From the NCBI GenBank assembly GCA_049324575.1, contig JBMONI010000004.1, forward strand, positions 43,960 to 107,959: 64,000 bases of DNA, in the 5' to 3' direction. The position numbers and the translations under genes are program-made. This DNA is from Candidatus Omnitrophota bacterium (GTDB lineage Bacteria > Omnitrophota > Omnitrophia > Omnitrophales > Aquincolibacteriaceae). Below the pieces are notes generated by a model. That model was not told the origin of the DNA and did no database searches. It saw nothing but the letters and a program-made list of their open reading frames with translations. Shown here piece after piece: positions 33,501-37,038 of this stretch. How positions within the stretch are numbered: position 1 is the stretch's first letter; each line of letters opens with the position of its first letter.

Positions 33501-36499
33501 GGCGCTGGCGGGGCCGGAACAACCGCAAGAAGTGTCTTCAGCCGTTGGCTCAATCCCGCGACTTGAGTTTGGTTGACTTTGATGTCGGCCGCAACAATTC
33601 CGGGGCTTTCGAGCCGGGCCAGGATCTTCTCAAAAAGAGGTCTTTCCGCTCCCTCGACCGGCTCCTTGCTATCTTGTTTCTTTTTAATAAGCGTCGTCAG
33701 AAGTCCGTGGTTCTTTTGACTCGCAAGCATCGGCCCGGCCCAAATCCGGCGGAGACGGCCCAGAAGTTTCTGGATCGGCGGCTCGTGTCCCGCGAACCAT
33801 TCGGCATCGCGGTTCGGCAATTCTCCGATGCGATCTTCCAGCGCCACGAAAAGACCGGCAAGGCTTTTCCATTGTTCATAAGGCTCACTGCCGTCAATCC
33901 CTGTGATCCCTTGTTCCAAATATTGCAGATCCTTTTCGATCGCCTGCAGTTCGGCATCCAGCGGATGGAGAGCGGGCTGGGCCGGTTGGGAAGCAGGCGT
34001 TGCAGGCTTCTTTTTCGAAGGCGCACGTTGCGCTTTTTCGGAAGGCGTCGCGGACTCTTTCTTTTTTGCGCGGACCTCGCTTCGGATCGTGGCCCCTTCA
34101 ACCCTCGCACGCGCCTGACCGATCAAATACTCCGCAAGCGTATTGCCTTTCATTCGGTCGCGCTGACCGAAAAGATCGATAGCCCCGAGAAGGATCCTCT
34201 GTTGCTCTGCCGTGATCCCGGGCTGTGTCAGGAGACTCACCTGGTCGAGAACGCCTTGGGCAAGGGCACTTGCAGCAGCCGCCTGATCCACACCGCGCCC
34301 CATGGCCTGCTCCACTTTGTCCGAATCAACAATACCGAATGCAACCCTTTGATTTCCGGGAAGATCGATCTCCTGAAGAAGTGATTGAGAGTCCAGGCTC
34401 AATTCCGTCCGGGCCTGAGCGCCGGCGGGAAGCCGGGCAAGAACCAGGCTGGCATCCTCGGTCAGCCGGACCGCCAAAATCTTTTTTCCACCCGCTCGCC
34501 GGGTCTTCAGTTCATCATAATGGCTAATGGCCCCGACCATCCTCCGGATATCCGTCGCCAAGGCGTTCCCGGCAAATGCCTGTCTGGCCAGTTCCAGATT
34601 CAACGGACCGCTCGCGGTCCCGAAAGGAAGATGCGCATCAAATACGCTTTCGGCAGCCATCCAAAGGACCATGGAGAGGTTCAGGGCCTGTTGAGGGTTT
34701 TTCAGCATCCAGTCGAGAAGTTCCTGACGAGTGGCTAGCAGATGGGTTTCGCCAGTCAGGATCGAAACAAAATCCCTTGCCTCCGCACGCGGGACCAAAG
34801 CCTTGCGCGCGGCCAATTGGAACCGCGGATCGCTCAAAGTGTTTTGCCCCAGGGAGGCGATCCCGCGAAGCAGGATCTCCTCGACTTTTAGGGGTTTCTC
34901 CGCCAGGGCGTCCTCGTAGCGGCGGGTCGTTTTCCGTTCGTCGATCATTTTCGTGATCGCGGGCGTGACGACCCAGTAGGAATATCCGTGCTCGCGTAGG
35001 TAGCGTTCGATCCCCGGCGTGTGGAAACCGCCGGTGACGATCGCCGAAATAGGTTCTGCGCCGACCTCGGCCTTTTGAACCGCTTTTTCGATCAAGATCC
35101 GGTCACGCGCCAGAGCGGCCGCATAGAACCGCTCGACACGCGTCAGATCCTGATCGAGGATCTCCAATTGGGACGGCAATCCGTAGGAGAAACGATGTTG
35201 ATCTAAAAGCGGTGTCAAAAGGGAGGTCAGTTGCGCAGAAACGAAATCGCCGCGGTGCGCGTAATAGTACTCGGCGTCCTGCACCGTCAGCGTGAATTCG
35301 AGCATTTTTCGGGCCACATCGAGCACGCGGTAAAGGCGGTCCAGCGCGCGCGAGGCCTCGTCGGTAAAAAGTTTTTCTTTCACAAGCCCTTCGAGCTTCT
35401 CGATGTCCTCAAAGACCTCGGCGCCGACGCTTTTCTGAAGCCGGTGATATTCGAGATAACCGAGCACTTCCCGGTAAAGCTCCGCATCCCGGACTTTGAA
35501 TGCGCGGGGCCCCGCCAGGAGGCCGCGGATCTCGGTCTCGAGATAGCCGTAATAGATCTCCTGCTTCATCCGGCCGGTCTTGTACTGCGCGGTATTAGCG
35601 AGATAGCGCGACAGACGGTCGCGACCCAGGTCCCCTTTCAGGTTTTTCATCGCTTCTTCGGTCCGCACCTCGACCTCGGAAGCCTTCATCGTCCGTTCGA
35701 TCGCAAGCAAGCGCGTAAGCGCCGCGAGCCCCGGCATCCCCTCAAGGGGAAGGGAGAATTTTTGAGCGTAGGAGCCGAGAAGGTCCGCGTACGCGACCAG
35801 CCGGTGTCCGTTCGTCTGGAAATCAGTGCGGGTTTCGTGCAATTTGCGGAGGTCTTCCGAAAACACAAACCGTGCGAGCCCGTTCAGGACCCTCTCGACC
35901 CCGGCGAGCAGCTCAAGATCGCGCTCTTTGAAGCTCATCGCGTCGAGATAGGCCTGCCGGTTCTCCTCGTACTTGGCGGAGTCCTCCACGCCGTAAAGCA
36001 CAAGGTCCGGTCGATCCACGATCGCAAGATATTCGGGCCCGGTCAGGCGCGCTTCCTTGAGGAAATAATCGGCCACCGTCTGTTTGGCGTTTCGATCCGG
36101 GAAACCGCGAAAGATATCGGTATAGAGTTCGCCGTCCGCGCCTTCGAGATTCACGAGTTTGAGACCGTAATTCGCGGCGAAATGATCGAGGATGCGCGCG
36201 ATATTATGCTGGGCTTCTTCGTTGGCGTGCGCGTCCTGGATATGGATAAACACGTGGTCGGGACGGCCTTGAAAGACTGTTTTGACCTTTCCGAATTCGG
36301 ACGGCAGTTGAAGACGATGGATCAGGTCTTTGGACGGACCCGCAAGTGCGGCCCCGGCGTTTTCGGAAGCCGCTGGACGGTTTTGCGAAAGGCCGATCCC
36401 ATCCGCCCAGATAACATTCGTTGTGATGAAGAAGAAAGTGGTGAGAGAAGCAATGAAGCGAAGCCAAGGTCTAAATGTGGGTCTTTGCCACTCTAACAT
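6515..36499 (-). CDS. Giant multidomain membrane protein (9,994 aa) with GT84-like, GH144/GH189-like, TolC-like and PG-binding/3D domains
   Basis: Uninterrupted 29,985-bp ORF; ATG preceded by AGAGGG and a sigma70-like promoter. Motifs: HIQDAH, GGFH, IAVNP...ADRG...FDVY, FQKTNGLPVTGVID, VIAPYAS...GEYGFFDSVD, VSSVDNFNL, WFDGG, LSHDYEEG, QRWFRG, plus many hydrophobic TM segments. Confidence 0.95.
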   Translation of the reverse strand: MLEWQRPTFRPWLRFIASLTTFFFITTNVIWADGIGLSQNRPAASENAGAALAGPSKDLIHRLQLPSEFGKVKTVFQGRPDHVFIHIQDAHANEEAQHNIARILDHFAANYGLKLVNLEGADGELYTDIFRGFPDRNAKQTVADYFLKEARLTGPEYLAIVDRPDLVLYGVEDSAKYEENRQAYLDAMSFKERDLELLAGVERVLNGLARFVFSEDLRKLHETRTDFQTNGHRLVAYADLLGSYAQKFSLPLEGMPGLAALTRLLAIERTMKASEVEVRTEEAMKNLKGDLGRDRLSRYLANTAQYKTGRMKQEIYYGYLETEIRGLLAGPRAFKVRDAELYREVLGYLEYHRLQKSVGAEVFEDIEKLEGLVKEKLFTDEASRALDRLYRVLDVARKMLEFTLTVQDAEYYYAHRGDFVSAQLTSLLTPLLDQHRFSYGLPSQLEILDQDLTRVERFYAAALARDRILIEKAVQKAEVGAEPISAIVTGGFHTPGIERYLREHGYSYWVVTPAITKMIDERKTTRRYEDALAEKPLKVEEILLRGIASLGQNTLSDPRFQLAARKALVPRAEARDFVSILTGETHLLATRQELLDWMLKNPQQALNLSMVLWMAAESVFDAHLPFGTASGPLNLELARQAFAGNALATDIRRMVGAISHYDELKTRRAGGKKILAVRLTEDASLVLARLPAGAQARTELSLDSQSLLQEIDLPGNQRVAFGIVDSDKVEQAMGRGVDQAAAASALAQGVLDQVSLLTQPGITAEQQRILLGAIDLFGQRDRMKGNTLAEYLIGQARARVEGATIRSEVRAKKKESATPSEKAQRAPSKKKPATPASQPAQPALHPLDAELQAIEKDLQYLEQGITGIDGSEPYEQWKSLAGLFVALEDRIGELPNRDAEWFAGHEPPIQKLLGRLRRIWAGPMLASQKNHGLLTTLIKKKQDSKEPVEGAERPLFEKILARLESPGIVAADIKVNQTQVAGLSQRLKTLLAVVPAPPAPSVPGAQPPLPQAPSSSITGAPAPAVAAKKPLDGIRNAGQAVLKQMAGGWQGIQKAWRVIGKGWGVAWQKVRSVAAALGALTVRGWQRSQSALGAFAQSIKSRWSAWTAKKPAPAAVQPAPSRPAKATAAQKPAPAPAVKKPGVVEQVRNGFRIFAQRYAGRIVFYGVIPGMIANFLISHAGILTGQMTAVAWPYSVFGIWFWAVLVIVLGWTAIRAINETRVTYTDLVETRPGEEASPDSERWQGIKKGQGVLGISAGLDTDRTWEDRGVTDTLNGITDPAKRELARIRLRAKSYWKYVEANTILGQAKGAMAQSKVESVVRSVVEIGAGLAAVLILGALGVVTLNAAVILYGMLIGFYVVHALSSIVLLKMRDPGISVITLLAKAVIDPFKALWHLFDSFIFNFFRVSIDYFWTGAYQKRWLTDQEVQWIANEVRAIPAEQKIDLSTERARYWAATASHAFYVTGAATFVAKRLRLFIYSGVSSLALMLVGKSLILFSVAYFAFVLFRMVILMQARARGDLTEEAFVKKAATLLLISFVSFGLLVFLGYHPTDTALVELSAGQHPLIHHFLEWSHLGGSWNLVDQGALIQVGEFGMMHNIPLNLSIGGVASPIFLAFFLNLQTQVDQGVRTEMARMLNFSLSKLGIDIKKFHLTSATHTGVHQLLDAILARGSGLSAVQKRLALEGIRRYLVPQSRLRKAPLHLKARDREFLLARIDAEIPKIKISKKAQAGLILPALFDPSNLNRFYRNARKAVFNRVITSPEFWASVLITAAGLWFVTYEIGGAVGGAEGLDDAAGAPILSPLVKLVEGDQATLEMLGQQEQMLGRPTPLEAKLVYSGALGLVNTFASTTIDPIVAPIVEPYRDELLQRARIAAIHKEQKKEGRTLDQELSDAAELDYYAILKKLSRGERKDLKRITTLLIQNPLMSMMLRQMGEGRSADFREALFRQGIVDATRRAKTFDDPAKGIFLGMAFDPIELLMLGTAAETLQRQIDAVAGDVIHGKIPLEEGVQKARQLAADRIAQAARQAREEGAAPPPPAESPETEAKPEPEQPQPEPQAPEKVTGRFLGADGALPIQGVIPIGGWMWLENVTLASGTKLSLLDLKSRADLDSAIEVTLEKSADSSDTVAADQARRLYDFLNAVRSIQDRTGPLSEAGQKIVTEGQTPGLKDLLAIDSGVAALAFYRQYIDNDDAGMTAALSEAAAGRAADAVKAAIDGYLNGAKTLAETLALLKDVPAETPKPAPMPEEKKEETPPQEPKKEGKPAAIEARVLPLVEMTATVGELQTARVEIFRLLQAKKVEEARARFQGLAQRIADAKASTDHFVRDLEARIAAGDLTPEERSNLARGLLNAYALRKDLRPDWTFPGLIDQLGKLFGASIPPYDGLSPAAVLEARLKAIEEKMSEEDKKAFDIDLLWMRQFIENEKRKEPPPAALPGVKVGEKQAPVTAPAPTAAMVLLDQLSNLPKTMTEEQIRDIQEKLAAAGPQYKGILERGPKGNLEPMTYNDGTAGTRFWAAVDAFKADHAEIADFKFTRTISPGDRGPQVEQFFTWLANVPGFEILRELNGSRWVPRFITGYGNEEGAPWISPTIKLGDSKYSLIPEQVMSEDQAAASNFGTIAVNPALFDAWNGAEVFILLPNVYGKLELHKLTVADRGRSVQPGQFDVYNGPSLYEIAAPESTDFADQGIKGRIRSVFSKVPKDSWSQIPRTDEFFDGMARKTKFMTEYQGIFDQYLARAAKKDTEARTWFSDQLRELLERAYPSRQNRIAAEVAYALAEIDLYLKNRDVESRFIAITIASNFFKEQRKPMIFDPIDNDIRAAYKPYLPYGRTTHFLAKGIPTQGTEPAFARYVDNSPLEIVIRNFQKTNGLPVTGVIDQRTFDQIEERFASARQRRAMEEGVRLTEDIVRGPFVEIGTQDWLEPETGGIGKSQFLALVEAEMAKLKAGVLGDMQSVTTMNENIRTRMDGARSGILELFRKHYPSYVKSKVPGSDEMQIDRLIRLVPEHVRKLTGEILAAESEEARMAVAPLGVSLMNEVWPHPAEASQPAPAPDAGPAPAAPQGEAAARTEPGPVAAGGEDLPSLAELGQFIEAGALPPEWAARTASAAPKPAAEPERTAPPQPEPQPQPAAQPPAAEPPMPQAQPKAEPKPQPQPVPPVEPQPEAKAPEGLEGILAQFNADRIDLAQAIAQVEKLYGITVPASVGEGLLRQQTVLSLAVKAIRQEASLPDPEKEDKVIAIRNLETALILQDTKLQETYQKLKDANRKTRSLTWAFQEAAAGYELLAEVLTGELLGMPKVKAVDGRYGSRTDFLIKFGISRELLESRYDPISRRMDRATQKAEELQARGQPLTADDMIGVVAEYFPSRYVDEAGQALPAKRDADKAKIEPLIQAKAPVAEIIAAAIIEAAIPVTAKEKAAPPPAAKPPAVVAEPITPALRFDLRQILLGVRGDLPSAVPAVRDRLQQEYPDRNFTDEQILAGIQSFYEEHLHMQGGGFTSGELVVWGKAPSAVPGRPGKFEEYGDGSGQTNARYDAKRPVIAPYASLLFADAGPRSVVRNLMNLSTLYSSSTGEYGFFDSVDLNSNQAATRYALDNKGFEMAKALGILTGGKVHQYYAADPEVARGLEGLHIALAVADAQALDGREPNQEEKAFLHGQVVKGWGYYRAATEGSPIPADHIELENGTSKVAVYAGITGTGLYLVNLVGVRDHDGAQPAGQKVLQAGEYDRRAAAALEALEKMQRSEDGLFFQNYDRKALRPSPAEDNKEKVSSVDNFNLADSLRVFAQANQGTPLGERAQKILDKMQLAKFYDPKTRQIRHGFYPHRQNEWIASGKTVLHYGYTFEGLSSLVPLVGSGKVPAEVLKTITPTTWGGGALEQAGWSVFLDPNDARLGDLSKAYRTSAANQMQNGMSQVLTAADRAIDLILKPSAVPMEPAPEEPQLPPEPKPEFKPEDVGHGREVLAGLAALLKNFPEAGPVQAGAEVLELLKAQLAGQAAVTVGSLNNGAEQLLISAVEGRLFYEGNPLARELQARRDLSGGIVQALFRNLRDAHPGIEPWEIVFSHLMKNQSQDPKVQQMRTSIQDRHKEDPNWSETSAAWFRDAAVQAIQDVQQAGRLTDEQRALLEKILGEVIDDKTSARTIDAIEPPAQPQPEPRRVSLDSFLQRVVRHAAATYPTAMRLADAKGRETALRQWKLQVGLKGAAVPASVSAFVRLEGPVWDPSQGPRQRLGDVEVDFTDVELQKGIVFLTNAAAGLINGMLRSRSVVDSLVELEKELADLPEVARQKIADERFGGRNVESMLRQIRLERQNAQAAYVADRDRLKMLAAYLPDEAVDLEAAILDPAFYNDPAQKDTKIQEALARALPTSMRDQHPGEAREGGLHYQVALLRYQREQLQDVVKKSRERFRVRFGIELDFSLNPVAAIMNLKLPVEFSKDRPMPPIYWDIREQRHAREYAEEIRQLETQVRELAIEEAELGQRLEHAAVQWEKAKKLLRDQANYYRSGALSDALTTLPADTTRGGALSDSLPATAREVLNILGEFADLQKNLQGARNLLTQLNLAAVDLDDRLSKDQETAFKPSALPPRTADVNFVDLEERDGLSGVFLHMDARNRTGRHLTFGGERESMLQYEEVERLAGFLALRGPGEIRGRLRELMKSEQKIAKERESLRDPAAIREKTRELAALAKAKRALIYGMLDAVMPRVFQHELENTDRALQQLARKYDVGQKPEQIARELVSAIQARLNRTRGAREQIELDLQAAQNFLVRRDLLLEEQGQLRGKKATEGFAGRTTVRDISYNDQAILQKVVPQAFIDQKGKFRILQMDFEFHVGEDSVPEIMLIYQKLKAHREGEVLAERGGMVQALELYQVIAADRQRIATLKAQRDAVVKTQGMNRREMDAKPERAAQYGISLQHQDIQIGALDRSISNLTEEMNRTVRRYLRLMNNGYLPQDYDDTDPGNDYYKKFMGQVDRWNEQHEGWDGEPAMRQRIQQMFNRRFPGESFSAGSEESWGKRKLAVALSQMGFAYRNRGIDFIVIPAYGDAPYFAMDGLFAQEQAQGAEQKSFLGILWSWFDGGKKYRVKVEKATSITEGHAETMGYFDLVREQAVQREQMGRTLENTEKQREAANKKIGEIAGYTDPQGVRHGGELEQLENRKKTGAGSDRNVLELRIGLLEADLEELRDFGHVRDLAWRLMVTGMAAKPPQASRGAKTAGWLNDRATTPFDLDTAKAYGLVDRFADDQVAAHRWLYHRWHAGRSWVERLTDRMWLQQSVSLMPFNMDLALQISEPLELLFYNLQPGIDRLQADQHGFLNAAERGQQIALGRNMFVDLRTHAAILDLNTYRFSRNSALRDALAGPSTPDDTTKRIADIAEESGLAVDTQAKVVDNARQNFLRWLGFDPDRELRLPKMPLAGQDVLRLLADSSDKVLSVLERDNILNAHLKGTEANELRSRLTGIRRWIHSHLSINTSTLLYGEVAVNLVDAQASIQHAIAALDAKLSSMQTDDVRLKEAYRILLQYQVLIRAASVYAFNLPIALDNADFLRARTSGFILGDMVPGKYIQREGEWYEASVRALLAGGDVEKAANYLEALLQGKLAVTRGPVAVPYQPSKEFTEEYARLAEQAGQLGAIAERQTRAAESTPGTAVEKKPMPEPFDKQEVADGLSNKMVMPVLPKDVVSDAQVPVAKVELANALGVLAQRLFGVQLPQAFDLAAADPANETYAGEFRFSLMTPHTVRVVFEVTKKDGTKENRILDLTTDIELDKDTARKLFDGVKKIKVDPDGAVSFFADDAATVPYEFKKVAITVTEKEGTMRVTGIEGRPDEEITRAVTIRTPHETPITVTAPKGGKSIVIGIQPSDPDIQMDVLTMPVLVRVLESLGMTTEIKEAQLLVAIQYMNYLLRPGSPFAAAYADISPYIDAISKDYDLSLPLGTFLETLLSYRENTGLRMDTASTTDVKVDMRKLGLVLVYAYRFLANNPDAVPGFDPAATPMSELENSAAVEMILLKYALMEMNPDTRKNSMQPTQEDLEILKKFNFGANASEWQYQMNYPKWREIHPGGTDAEYFAHLMRVFVKQNANNVWERLFFRPLSYDDLNKKLQQLRPIAEKINGGQPLNLDRQKNIAELTMALFESYGLHFFHENESQRLKAYSTFLDMVAALMAQKAVLYDPLYPADRFNYAGILRAQEYRFLLADLRTAKALLQQAEAGLEQATPSERAMWSEKGRKANLEIAALEAKKSDLEEELRASHFKGDSKASIQYEMLNLLVERYNLERSPELKTLAAKYGITDPFRIISDLLHTVQEKLDQTKKAGQDAAAIEQDMEQARKILREMALHPVKKIEEIRAADILTLTADEQGEVVLRTAKFLSQAPTIRTILLQEGLYEALDVYDPKHHAAIRSAYEEKERMGLDWDEFRVYIRIMADVQRSNEARARSAEPEAAFWIKTPDGRSVPTFGRFAAVGWAAEAGLFALGVSRPKRDPFSTIAQAELSAAARFISGDADSWRYAGVGEKEAWKKLTIQQRQQKYSEWMGIAEKLRGEAERLYGELKSSDPDDMGLLLSLAMSVDGFVGWANADPSEREYWESLSPEQKIKIAQLILRTAARIKEPLSTILGGLDIKSPDGRDNGILLTLAKNLLMVSGREKQKLSSIRAAALRMGVDLIKEETEGRGGVRIPPIYPDPESLITVDSPKNEEKFDAYVADYTKLLEKTQDPAFQKAVHAVLGILLPGSDAKTMNWREPARLSFLLSFAEQCGLHGWDSPIAKNYPQIMKLLLDRNEASNALNDFLGKLQISADYRGEMQAMFPEMRVYLNYLAGEWTGETPKVDYQKIAHYYELMGIIDYYAGFVTDPAKPEVLVKRIEEMSEMFDAVAQLFHVDGKSDFDAIHDALQQMYVTLTVPKIEIAIGSEKYGITNHYELQRVMFLMQKHQEYLDINRKPPENYQDWEQKTTAKFKSKFVEGFLNDVQKKIQTHGGDIRGWFATYKDILALMFAEGQSMVDMELGEITGKKAEKDFGRELREDRGVDFGEDHSSISRQFFSIYKLEGMASWWLDQTDSRTAQGEVMTFDEIEQAIRSVPDLRRLISEHIPEVAYTAADIYFLVRMSLPKRIYENYFAQCKKMLEYSRKSLGRSLSLAELNEQFFAPGYFLSDWVLASRGGLSALLTALGIPDADIPEFRMRMGITNRMPGRNGAALDARLQKIDEGFAPKLKAAQAKRTEPDQVTAEEEALLQEKDAAKARILGDFLGRYFRSLGPNEDQRTILALGPQLGRILVPGSEEFNYWVAIRERLDQQHQGKPAKAAGELAQLAIVGSVATEGIRNVLAGGKPDYRKGQFLQDDQNLKTYLKHWLFTRELDPQLTDEDQKMPLNDFILKWSRRLYWNRSAFRDPQDLIQFIVERHPQVKTDTPEFREVLFLIMQDTHDFVAEASRSFQIKLDPAAIASLIVGQRFSAEAGEKSLLERARELEIAVTRYFVENFTEEETQEQHDDSAVIGVDWKARRFVDELLASEGFKDALPSKVLEKFYWAITDRSLKKTVARQIVADLKFILQQYQDHGFVQRNAGAAFDEKLINAVLELISKTRNLGLHEAGLIENPDLKTDPEMQKETYRKTKIDSENSMKTWLWQQSMRWVQTIYLTTPRETVREEKGGRSASAETTKKAEGAAQADPWLDGVENFRKKLRERILSTGLKIAPAQAVKNEEGETAQEVQRPEEVKHEEPLASHDLARRAWEYDKYGKGEENRGAFHVAVGSIFLGITGVMALLSLIIHWLTSRHRRYREGTVRTTSIEDLRRALRKLRFSGTAEEIASKRAQIEEVLDRLADPKLTRVARTQALAQLKAHLQRSEIRAALDPLEAFTKNVEEYSRQIGERRPLVKKFTPKGIALWILGMGGLYALSYYGTVLYASAPLLGLLLTLGAPVTAWIYYGLRIRHYKHSADESIIKAKMSLHLGNMLYFGTIALLLGVVFFLGMIIPDFSLIAPWYAAFYVVLFGFLSHTVMQVPLDKTVSEKKMSAVLGPPAPELDADQKRELEEFEKFIAGDRQQFLQETAAAAQRRSDRAPPPSNVQGVPRDKRVLMTVITGLPDMDTFRKTVMSNIQATGEANPGRNISLAIYETGYQGPALLMDQIIDVEVTNQAEVKKGRFARFNLFHRGALKTIKNISKKYGSMVDQLRFLGDGSRYPEVQSEKYVGRNLVVSETRFMGISLPPMPILAGITAFFVGPVVYWALMALGASLAWSVTLTVLFAAFILVALKTLFESGSTTLMVQDKEVRKAVTKYLEKYAQEASPGETFEAFLIRMRAAAQETLKKAQEALKKAEEALGKAQEAPSAQEAATASQEELAKAQDALKKAQKALKKAQEEANVPDKLDLLFARGIELSPASVATNARLDVVFANLAELGWVHVDNPGVEAEHRMTDAEFRDRRNIFIAGNPKKAERYLNGTGTDISIPEVQDVYAYRYQQAFNKLKQKAQEAATKDPKDAAARQRLAVIDSLVLRFEYEKQVALDTDDPNRLKYAFTMDEKNQIGMEWRKALDWFATKYLQIQNPDRMSMSDLQNAIQRELRSRRDEFEITDAQIGSVGELMIEMNEAVFSIQKSLHEMLRRPGYALGQPVYYMSDHLRTLFADQVHKAGIIGEFFANAKWVISSAQTDPSGKFIVDLHGWLHGYKHEYQKVKAAFLQGSILGALFGSSLGMLLIVAVGGSSLLLGAGLGAFMGYVFGGGILGAYEMRHYGGAFATLFFNQLSHDYEEGFQSGSLVVRTAIVIEQVVKSLQEMVARASQRWFRGTLPWYVMVLLGPGGSSTDRNNIALGLKMYLSSLLFFAFLVNGFIGVGSLGIHARLADLPSLMSFTNRSIAELIVQYFGIPVDPIGTAIVIVAVLLVVILLKNARYRQIKAEEKYQKLLARKKAMEEAREKRGGAEDAETAEPSERAEVRLSLDEEIEALDEEIEEARAQTKFLNHLWAALKSDLPHHVIPMAAYGVVFALLLGLAIPPFWKPVGAVVAVFSFVIFFIYRAFSGTIPSISLRDKIAQFFMDQLYLNNFVIEAKLAVNNFLHNWAEGIHPLDATKPSWKTTIRDTLADKGQIGKGLLGVVIAVAPILVSVLWISGAYAPYIFMISIGIAVVLAIMTLHRLSNRFVAVGWLALTVAITAYLAALGLILFTPALAHLWAVILPGLQQLGWAPLTAFLTSHPVVSQWLFMLWAGFTFGSMLIKSVASFVKIRPEPSPWGIMTAVGGNTSFLTLKASFHLMTPSYWMALGTILSILLLSPQVEVINWMILLIGSWSFGPMMMWFSAKPRDWDIHSRIDLSKAKTLEAMAALAKKELPEREASEAAMVEARVTAMKGMVAAYETALGTGERKAIDKASLPYFELMRKLQGSPVRPFSIKNFATALAILVGGSAILSAPVIFVLFHSIFGLSAGMAIVATLGGILLITAVGTALLTGFMYLWTSFERKASSIQEPRYPHFWQNLGAPAVKWWNKFRNFRIGPITRKASFWVSYWESVKHDFSQYRQEQIIKPKKPKEIDIARVSLHRIQTGWLHLGSAIGFFLIGAALISGSVYALGIMQQWALPGIAGEVGRSFGNIFALFVSGLILTSMAGRVLHATTKFLEIFFEIRDSFSSKNKTSEFMDHFEPNLFEYVNDREQLKGVLARISFWQKALKALGIGLGVAASGVAFGLPIFAAGILYVVSAHHWIPLVALIFLVLAQTGNLVAFYLTYQKDKRDFPKEDKEDKEDKKSQIPPATATGSPKSSEALQGQLPAQPQSSVAPATGQRPSTTEAKKASVPAQQPKGKKKPGPRAELREEMPAGLGDALTSTTEMRVVQMLAQANAANEALRQAVVASGVAQGGVTVIDWQTGWSVDQRTELNDRLASLGEKDRLIVRATSDKLLMLQGEIRDARVAFVNIAQPVEAILAEALAEQGAVTERRVYAMKATVEKNTGLLLTAAVPIEGEIIVVTDEDLSLGGANVIQLTVEQMIAQKFEMAQIVAQSA
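11415..11590 (-). repeat. 21-bp coding tandem repeat (ALKKAQE-like heptads, coiled coil)
   Basis: Repeated cttgggccttcttcagcg-type units encoding TLKKAQE-ALKKAEE-ALGKAQE...ALKKAQK-ALKKAQE. Confidence 0.8.
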
Positions 36500-36589
36500 C
36501 TGGGTTGCCGTCCCTCTGTTAGGCGTTGCGACCTAGCAACACCTTATTAAATCCTTTTAATTATCTTTACTTCTGTTTCTCCAAACATA

Positions 36590-36618
36590 AGTCTACCATG
36601 GGATTAGGTCTAAGTCAA
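36590..36618 (-). promoter_or_regulatory. Sigma70-like promoter of the giant gene
   Basis: Minus strand TTGACT-N17-TAGACT with an extended -10 TG, about 90 bp upstream of ATG 36499. Confidence 0.6.
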
Positions 36619-36796
36619 ATAGCTAAATATTCTTTGTAAAATGCACAAGAATCACCTTTTTCTGAAAAAATCGCTGCCTTATATTGAAAATAGATTAAAT
36701 TTCCTTAATCGGAGAATCGGATTTTTGAAAAATTCTTGGCATAACAAATCCCCTTATCCGCCCGAACGGCTTCCAAGGGGTTCTGAGGGGCATGGA

Positions 36797-36852
36797 GTAG
36801 GCGGAATGCGGCAAGATCCCAAGATCGATAGGGCGCCTTGAAAGGTGCCCTG
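36797..36852. repeat. Degenerate GTAG-type REP-like hairpins
   Basis: gtaggcggaatgcggc and tagggcgccttgaaaggtgccctg resemble the elements at 6435-6487 and 62219-62246. Confidence 0.45.
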
Positions 36853-36902
36853 GCCTAGGAAAGATCGCTTTGTGAGCTTAAAGCGGATGGACAGAAGCAA
36901 GA

Positions 36903-36978
36903 TGGTGGACCCGACCGGGATCGAACCGGTGGCCTCCACAATGCGAATGTGGCGCTCTCCCAGCTGAGCTACGGGCCC
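36903..36978 (-). tRNA. tRNA-Ala (CGC)
   Basis: Reverse complement GGGCCCGTAGCTCAGCTGGGAGAGCGCCACATTCGCATTGTGGAGGCCACCGGTTCGATCCCGGTCGGGTCCACCA: 76-nt cloverleaf, CGC anticodon, G3:U70 pair, encoded CCA. Confidence 0.97.
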
Positions 36979-37038
36979 ATCCTCGTGGAATAATCCGGCA
37001 TGAAACGCGGGGTATTATACACAAATCCCCCGCCTTGA

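Noticed and set aside
36903-36978. tRNA-Ala as the integration site of a giant-gene island
   Set aside because: I saw no integrase and no duplicated tRNA 3' end in the window; one could still lie outside it.
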